Shown here: piece by piece, positions 57,260 to 64,000 of the stretch
Position numbering within the stretch: the stretch's first letter is position 1
Layout of the letters: every line of letters begins with the position of its first letter
DNA from: Elsinoe ampelina
Lineage: Eukaryota
Assembly: GCA_010093995.1 (NCBI GenBank)
Contig: ML992502.1
Location: forward strand, 1,047,001 to 1,111,000
Reading direction: 5' to 3'
DNA: 64,000 bases
Made by a program: the position numbers and the translations under genes
Notes under the pieces: model-generated
What the model saw: only the letters and a program-made list of their open reading frames with translations
Database searches by the model: none
What the model was told of the DNA's origin: nothing

Positions 57260-57940
57260 ATGTCAGCGCCATCTGATGATGCAGAGGTGATATTCAACAA
57301 GGCGAATGTCGCGCTGGCACGCAGTCAAAGGGTGATCGAATCATGGCTTGGTCCGACCACGAATGGTCAAGCTGGGGGGAGTCTGTGGGAGGAGGGAGAT
57401 GATGAAGAGGACTTCAAGGCCGAACCCGATACGTAATTAGAGCCTTACTAGTGACACACTCGGCCACGTCTGACATTGGACAGTTTGGGTGTTGGGGCAA
57501 AGGCTCCAGAAGAAGACATGGGATTTGGATTGAGGCGAAAGCAACCCACATCAAACGACAACCTGCTCGAACAGATCATGGGGAAGAAAGCTGCCAAGGA
57601 GCACCAAGCAAAGGTCGCTGCCCAGAAGGCTAGCAAGTCTCAAGCGAATCCATCTGCTGTTCCAGACAGGAAGCAAGCAGTGCCTGTGGCTGTCGAAGAA
57701 GACTCTGAGGAAGAAGGCAGGGCTAGCAGATTCACGTCCAAAGCGTCGCGGAAGCGTGCTCGACTTGAAGATGCCCTTGGAGATGGTGCTGGCTCGGATG
57801 GCTCAGAAGGGGAAGCCGAAGAGTCTCAGCGAGGAGGCAGTGGCAAAGCCAGAAAGCAGAGCAGGGGCGCAAAGGGGACTTCGTATCTCGATCAGATTCT
57901 GGCTGAGAAGTCAAAGAAGAAGCAGAAGAGGAAGTGTTGA
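57260..57940 (+). CDS. Conserved fungal hypothetical nuclear protein (DUF3245-like)
   Basis: NKANVALARSQRVIESWL; intron 57433-57483; LGVGA motif; C-terminal SYLDQILAEKSKKKQKRK. Confidence 0.7.
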
Positions 57941-58121
57941 GCACAGGTTCGAGGAACGACCATGTGACTCCAGTCCCAATGAATCCTTTGCCTTGTTCTG
58001 CGCTCAGCTTTAAGATGGTTTCAGTATGGTACGTGGCAGATGGGGTGTGTTGCATCCTTTACATGGCAATACATATCCTAAGCTGATACATCCCAATGAA
58101 CAAACAACCATGTCAGACCGC

Positions 58122-60116
58122 TCATACTGTCTCCTTCTTCTCCCCATTGCTGTCGGTGTCATCGCCTTTCGGGACGGCCACGGAGCTCTTCCTTCGAGTG
58201 GTGTATTCCTCCGTCTCCTCGTAATTGATCAGAAGCTCGCCATTCTTGCCATACCTGTGTGGCTGCTTCTTTGCAACCTTCACGACATCAAAAATGTTGG
58301 TAGTCTTGTGGAAGATCTCATCCATCTCCTCCAAACTGCGATAGGCGGTCTCTGGGAAGAAGAAATAGACTGACGGAACCATGAAGGCGTTGATCACCGC
58401 GAAGATGATGTAGGTGCGGTTTCGGATATTAGCAAATGCGGGTGGTGTGACCCTGTGAACTTGATCAGCACTCTGATAGGTACATCGTCATCAGAACACT
58501 TACATGACAACCATGAAGTTGAAGATCCAGTTTGCTGTGGTCGAGATAGCGTTGGCAGGGGCACGAATCGAAAGTGGAGTAATTTCCTATATGCTTGTCA
58601 GACTTCCACTCGCTCACATATTGCTCATTGGAACATACCGCTGGATACAACCATGTCATTCCGAGCCATCCAATAGCGAAGAATGAGTTGAATAGGAACA
58701 ACATTGACGCCGCTGCTATACCAGTATCTCGTCTTCCCTCATACTCAGGCCGTGTGGTGACGGCTAGTACGATCATGCACAGACTTTGTCCGGCAGCTCC
58801 AAACAGCATGAGCTTCCTCCTGCCGAACTTTTCGATCGTGAAGATCGCTATCAGTGAAGCAATGAAGTATTCTGTGCCGTTACACGCTGCCAAAAGTCGA
58901 CTGGTAAAACCATCGAGTCCGATGTTGTTCTCAAAGACTGGGTCATTGTTAGGAATTGATCATACAGCCTCAGGGCATGCTAATACTCACTGGTAGCTGC
59001 GTAATATGTTATAATATTAATTCCAGAGATCTGTTGAAACATCTGGTTGACGTATCCAAGAGCAGTACGATGAAAGTTCCTGTTGCGGTTCATCTTGAAG
59101 CAATCGCTGAAGCGTCCTTGTGACATCTCTTCCACAGTATCCTTGACAGCCTGGAACTCGGACTTGATCTTAGGGTCCTCGGGCGGTAGATCGCTCAATG
59201 CGCAAAGTACATCGAGAGCTTCCTCATCGTGACCCTTGAGAACGAGCCAACGAGGAGACTCGGGAAGACCGAGGACAAAGGTGCAGATGATGATGGCTAG
59301 TACGATCTGGAAAGCGATAGGAAACCTCCAGGAGACTTCGCTTGGCTCAGCAAAGGATAGACCAAGATCGATCCAGTACGAAAGCATAACACCAAAGACG
59401 ATGAGTGACCCCTCGATCATGACCATCTGTCCTCTTCGATGGGACTTGGAGGTTTCTGATTGCCAGGTTGGAACGGTCGAAGTGTTCATGCCATTGCCAA
59501 AACCAGTGATCCATCGAGATACTACCAGTTGTGGGAGGTTAAAAGATGCTGCTTGTATGGTTGCTCCAATAATCATGATGAAGGAGCCGATAAAGATCGT
59601 ACGACGACGACCCAGGATGTTACCCAGCCAGATAGTCGCAACAGCACCGAAGAAGCATCCCAATGTGTACCTGGATCGTCAGTAGGGAGCAAACGAGAGA
59701 TATGGCGAACTTGCCCGCCAACTGTGATTGCTTGAATGTTCGACGCCCATGATTCATCACGGCCAGGTGGTGGGTTCTGCGTGTCGATTTCGGGAAATTT
59801 GCTACTGCTGCTTAGTTCAAAGTCTTGGATTCATCGTGTTCGACGTACGTGAGGAAGGATGGGAGTGTAAGTAGTCCACCCAATACACCCTGATCATAAC
59901 CGAACAGAGCAAAGTCCTTTGGTAGAGATGTTAGTCCACATGTGTGTAGACAGATTTCTTCGTCGCTTACGATACCCGCAATGACGGCGATAGCAATGTT
60001 CAACTTCAGTCCTCTGTAGTACGTCAGTATGGCACTGGTCTTACAACCATGAGCACTCACCTCAAGCCATAGTACTTCTTTTTAGGATCTTTGTTCTTTG
60101 AGCCGAAGAAACCCAT
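58122..60116 (-). CDS. MFS sugar-porter, STL1-like (glycerol/sugar:H+ symporter), multi-exon
   Basis: FGYDQG, LGRRR, VPTWQSET, PESPRWL, QQISGINIITYY, GWLGMTWLYPAE and PETAYRSLEEMD motifs; many short introns. Confidence 0.9.
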
Positions 60117-61995
60117 CATGCAAGACGATACTGAGTAAATAATACAAACACAGGTATAGCACAGTTGAGGATGAAGGATAGACGTTTAGGAGAGGATGTT
60201 AAAGTCAACTTTGATACATGGAGCAACACCCTACCTAGCTTTCGGATTACCCGAATCTCACATAGCGTGGTATGTGAGGAAGAACACCTACGTAAGAAAG
60301 GCAGATCGATCCACCAGAAACCGAGCGCCGAACGGATGTTGTCAGTGGCGCCCTGAGACAAACCAGCATGGGCGCTGCGGGGATGGATGCGGAGAAACAA
60401 GCAATTTCTGGGGAGCATGGGGTCTTGCATGAAGGGTTTTGGCAAGTGAGCCGAAGGTTTGGAAAGTGAGGAGGTCTTTGGTCCAGATCGACAGCCTTGT
60501 TCTCCGCAAAACATTTGCTCGGGTTGCCTGATTGGGACTTCCGTCGAGCACTCCATGATGCACCCAGGATTGCCATGCTTGTAGACACAATTTCCCCATC
60601 CTTGATCTTTGCGCCGGTCAGATGTGCGCCGACAGTTAGTCGAACTTTAGTCAATAGTCATAGCTCAGCCGTGCACGATCAAGGCGTCTGACGTGATAAG
60701 ATTTGACCCAGCGTAACAAGATTCAACACCCAAGTTGCATAGTGAGACATGTTCGGTACGCATCATTGAAGCGTGATCAGCTTCTACTGTATGTTTCCAT
60801 GTTATTACAAGTCCCATCAATAGCCTGATTGGTGCCCACTGTCAAGACTTCTACGCAATCCAGCCGGAGCGGCGTATCCTCAGAGCGCCCTGCATCTGTA
60901 GTGCTGCGCCTCAGGTTTGAGCAGATGCGAACCATTATGTTCCAGCACACAGTCTGCCGATATGATGAGATATTCGCATAATTGTAGGCCTCCGTGCAAT
61001 GCTGTGACAGAGCCGATCTTGTTGACGACGGTGGGGGGCACAGCAATCCGGCGGGCTCCTGGCGTCTGCTACTACCACAATCGGTGTCTGCTGACGTGGG
61101 CTACGCATGTCGAGTCAACCATTACTCGCTACTCTGGCACGAGGCTGACAGATTTTGCTGTTCCATATGACGCCGGAAGTGGAGTGGAGAGGCACGCCTG
61201 AGTGTAGAGTCTAGTCTTCGCAAGATCCCAAGTCCTCTCAGACCACGCCTAACATTGTACTCATTGCACTTGCTTCCCGGCGGAGGTATTCGTGGTCGTG
61301 TGAGGAGCTTGTGCGGGCTGGACTGGTGCATCAGGAATGGGGACATCGTCGAAGTCGTCCTGAGCGACTGCTTTGATTGTGAAGACATCTGGTCGAATCA
61401 GTACCTGTGACTACCCACATGTCTCCGCAAACTCACAAACTCCGATGGCGAAGCCAAAGACACCCAATCCAGTCAAGGCATTCTTCACAAGGTATGGTCT
61501 CCGTGCTCTTTGCAAAGCTGCAGTAGGACGGTTGTACCTGTCGTAGTACGAGGATTGCGGTACTCTGTCAGTCGTCAGTAAGATAGTTCACATCGAGGGT
61601 TGCGCAGACTAGCCTTGATCCGAGAGTCATGATTGTGTCTTCGATATGCTGATAGTGTCTGCAACTTTGCGGTTGTCTGCAAGATCTGAGGTCATGGATC
61701 AAGATCGGCAAAAGCTCGGCCGAATGCGGCTCAAATGGAGCTCGAGTCAGTTCCACGTGCAACTTTGGAGCTTCACTTCACGTTACAAGTCCTTGGAAGA
61801 ACGATAGCGACCAACTCCTCTCTGAACAATTTCCCGCCCAGCAATTCCGCCACTAGCATACTACGAGCACCATTTCACCGATAATGAGGGAGCGCTGATT
61901 GTCTATTATGGTGGAAGCGGTCTCTAGCAGTAGTTAGCTGTCTCCTGGTCGCGTGAAGCCTTGTAGCTCCAATCCATCACCTCCACGTCCTCAAG

Positions 61996-64000
61996 ATGGC
62001 GGCCAGCACCAACGCCGCCGACACCATTAAGCAATTGAATCAAGCAAGGAATTTTTGCCTCGCCGATCCCAACAACCTATACCCTCAAATCGTTCCTGGC
62101 CTCGCTCCCATAATCAACGCAAACGCTGAACTCGAATTGAGAAGATGGGGGACAGACTTTTTGGCCGAGACCTTCGCGTCCCCAGTGCTAGCAGGAGAAC
62201 ACAAGCAGAAGCTGGCAACACATGTGCTGGACGCGCTGAAGAGCTATCTGGACAAGCCCGACGAGGATGCCATGGTTGTGAAGAGTGTCGTGCAGATCGC
62301 CTCCAGCATATACCAATTCGTGTTTCGTCAGATGTGAGTATTCCCCTATCCATCCTGTAGATAGCGTGGAGTGCTTCGTACGACTGCTTGTAGATCATTG
62401 CCATGTACTCCCCGGCATTCGCGGCAATGAAGAAGCCATATTCTTACCATGAACACAGAATCGCAAACCCTGGTGATGCACAATCATGGCAGAAGATGGC
62501 CGACATCAAATCAGCCATATTGAGGAGGATGGACTCAAGCCCTGCTGGTGTCAAAGTGTGCTGCATCAAGTTCGTGCAAAGAGTAGTCCAGGTCCAGACA
62601 CCAGGTTTGATCGCTGATCCAAGAGTGCGTGTATTCCTACCAGATGTTCCGCATGTCCTAGAGTTGACAATCGTCCAGCGTCCCGACCAAAATGAGATCT
62701 CCCTCGCTCTGGTACCTCGAGATCACCCTATTATGCATCCTTCGAACCTCGAAGCAGAAGCATCTGGTCTTCTCGACCGCCTCTTGGACGTGCTCCAAGA
62801 CAACAGCAGGTACGTCTTCGCACAGAGGTCTAGCAGAAAGACTACCGCTGACTATCTCCCAGTGACGCACTACTCGTGACAGCCGCTTTGAACAGTTTGA
62901 GCTCCTTGGTACGGGGTAGAGCCTCGATATCAAACAAGATCATTTCCGCTATCGTGAACTTCAACCCGTTCACGCTTGCACAAGCACAACATCCAATGAC
63001 GATCAAGAATAAGATTCTGATCAGGTCAATGACGAGGACGACAATGTCATTCCTCGCCAACATCCTCAAGAAGTACGGCAATCCGGAAATGGGGGAGAGC
63101 TTGTGTGCTGATATTAATTAGGAACCCCCAACACCCACTCGCTGGACGCATACATGGCACGTTGGATAGGCTCAAACAGAGTCTGATTGAAGTGTTTGAC
63201 GAGACGAGACGCAAGAGACCAGCTCCAGAGGAGCCCACAGATGGTCTGTCGGATGCGAAGCGACAGAGACTCGGCGCCGAAGTCCCTGTCCGACAGCCTG
63301 CTGCTCTTCAGCCTCCCCCCTTCCCCACCAATGGTCCCGTGACATATGCTCAACTCTATACATTGACACCTGATCCGAGCGCTCAGGGGTTCGATGTCAA
63401 GGGCATCCCTATTGACATGGTGTCTCGTATACTTCCGCCTCTGCTTGCTTCTATTGAGTCATCACGACTTGACAGCGCCATAAATGTACGTTACAAAGTC
63501 TTTTCTTCCACGCATCCTCTATAGTGCCGTGGCCATGTTTTCGATACAAGAAATGCTGACATCTCGCTCAGACCATTCGTGCGCGCTTTCTGAGCTTATC
63601 ACAACCAAAACCGAAAGATGCTTACGGCGCCGCCCGAGTTGCTGTAGGCGCCGAAGAAGAAGACGACTACGAGCCAGACGGACCCACAGAAACAGCCGAG
63701 CAAGTCCTCAACGCTCTCGACCAGACATCAGGCGACCCTCCCTCATCAGCTCCACCCGATATCGCCCTTGGGCCCTTTCACCTGCCCCCTCCACCTCCAC
63801 TAACAGAAGAAAACACCCTCGACCTCAGCAAAGGCACCATCACCCGCGTCTTCTCCGCCCTCGCCACTCTCGACAGGCTCCCCGCCAGCAAACCCAAACC
63901 CACCGCCTTCACCCCTCTCCCACCCACGTCGCACGATCGGCAAACCTGGCTCACAACCCTCACCCGCCTCGCCACCCGCGCCCCCGCCGGCCTCGACCCC
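61996..64000 (+). CDS. PTA1: mRNA cleavage/polyadenylation factor subunit Pta1/symplekin (5' part; runs off window end)
   Basis: LNQAR..LAD..YPQIVPG, GVKVCCIKFVQRVVQVQTPG, LEAEASGLLDRLL and EEEDDYEP motifs; several introns. Confidence 0.88.

Noticed and set aside
60120..61990. Short ORFs in the 1.9-kb region between the transporter and PTA1
   Set aside because: No coding bias or motifs; most likely a long divergent promoter/5'UTR.
1..64000. tRNA/rRNA/ncRNA genes
   Set aside because: None recognised by eye; a tRNAscan-SE/Infernal run would be needed to exclude them.

Overview
Fungal (Pezizomycotina ascomycete) genomic DNA with short GT-AG introns and RIP-mutated repeats. The right half (27.9-64 kb) is mostly conserved genes: RTF2, a divergent choline oxidase/betaine aldehyde dehydrogenase pair, a telobox-Myb protein, MRPL37, an NTF2-like protein, CYP53, RPE1, a methyltransferase-like protein, a Zn2Cys6 factor, a thiolase, LSC2, an STL1-like transporter and PTA1. 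It also holds one deleted Copia element. The left ~27 kb, between panK and RTF2, is an accessory island of mostly secreted, cell-wall-directed genes (GH128, GH18, 5xLysM, GH76). It is interrupted by a RIPed 5-kb TIR DNA transposon with an integrase-like DDE relic and by a RIPed Copia element. The most notable signal is a candidate fungal polymorphic-toxin locus. Its core is a 7-exon killer-toxin-like chitinase (LysM-CBM18-GH18) whose C-terminus carries hydrophobic helices, a Lys-rich NLS-like patch and a NucA/NucB-type DNase motif set. That gene sits head-to-head with a small acidic cytosolic protein (immunity candidate) and near a stand-alone secreted subunit-like gene, a GPI-like gene with a TGA-CTAG readthrough context and a multi-LysM gene. 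Four of these genes share an upstream CCGGTGAAG motif. All family assignments come from motif recognition by eye; no database searches were run.
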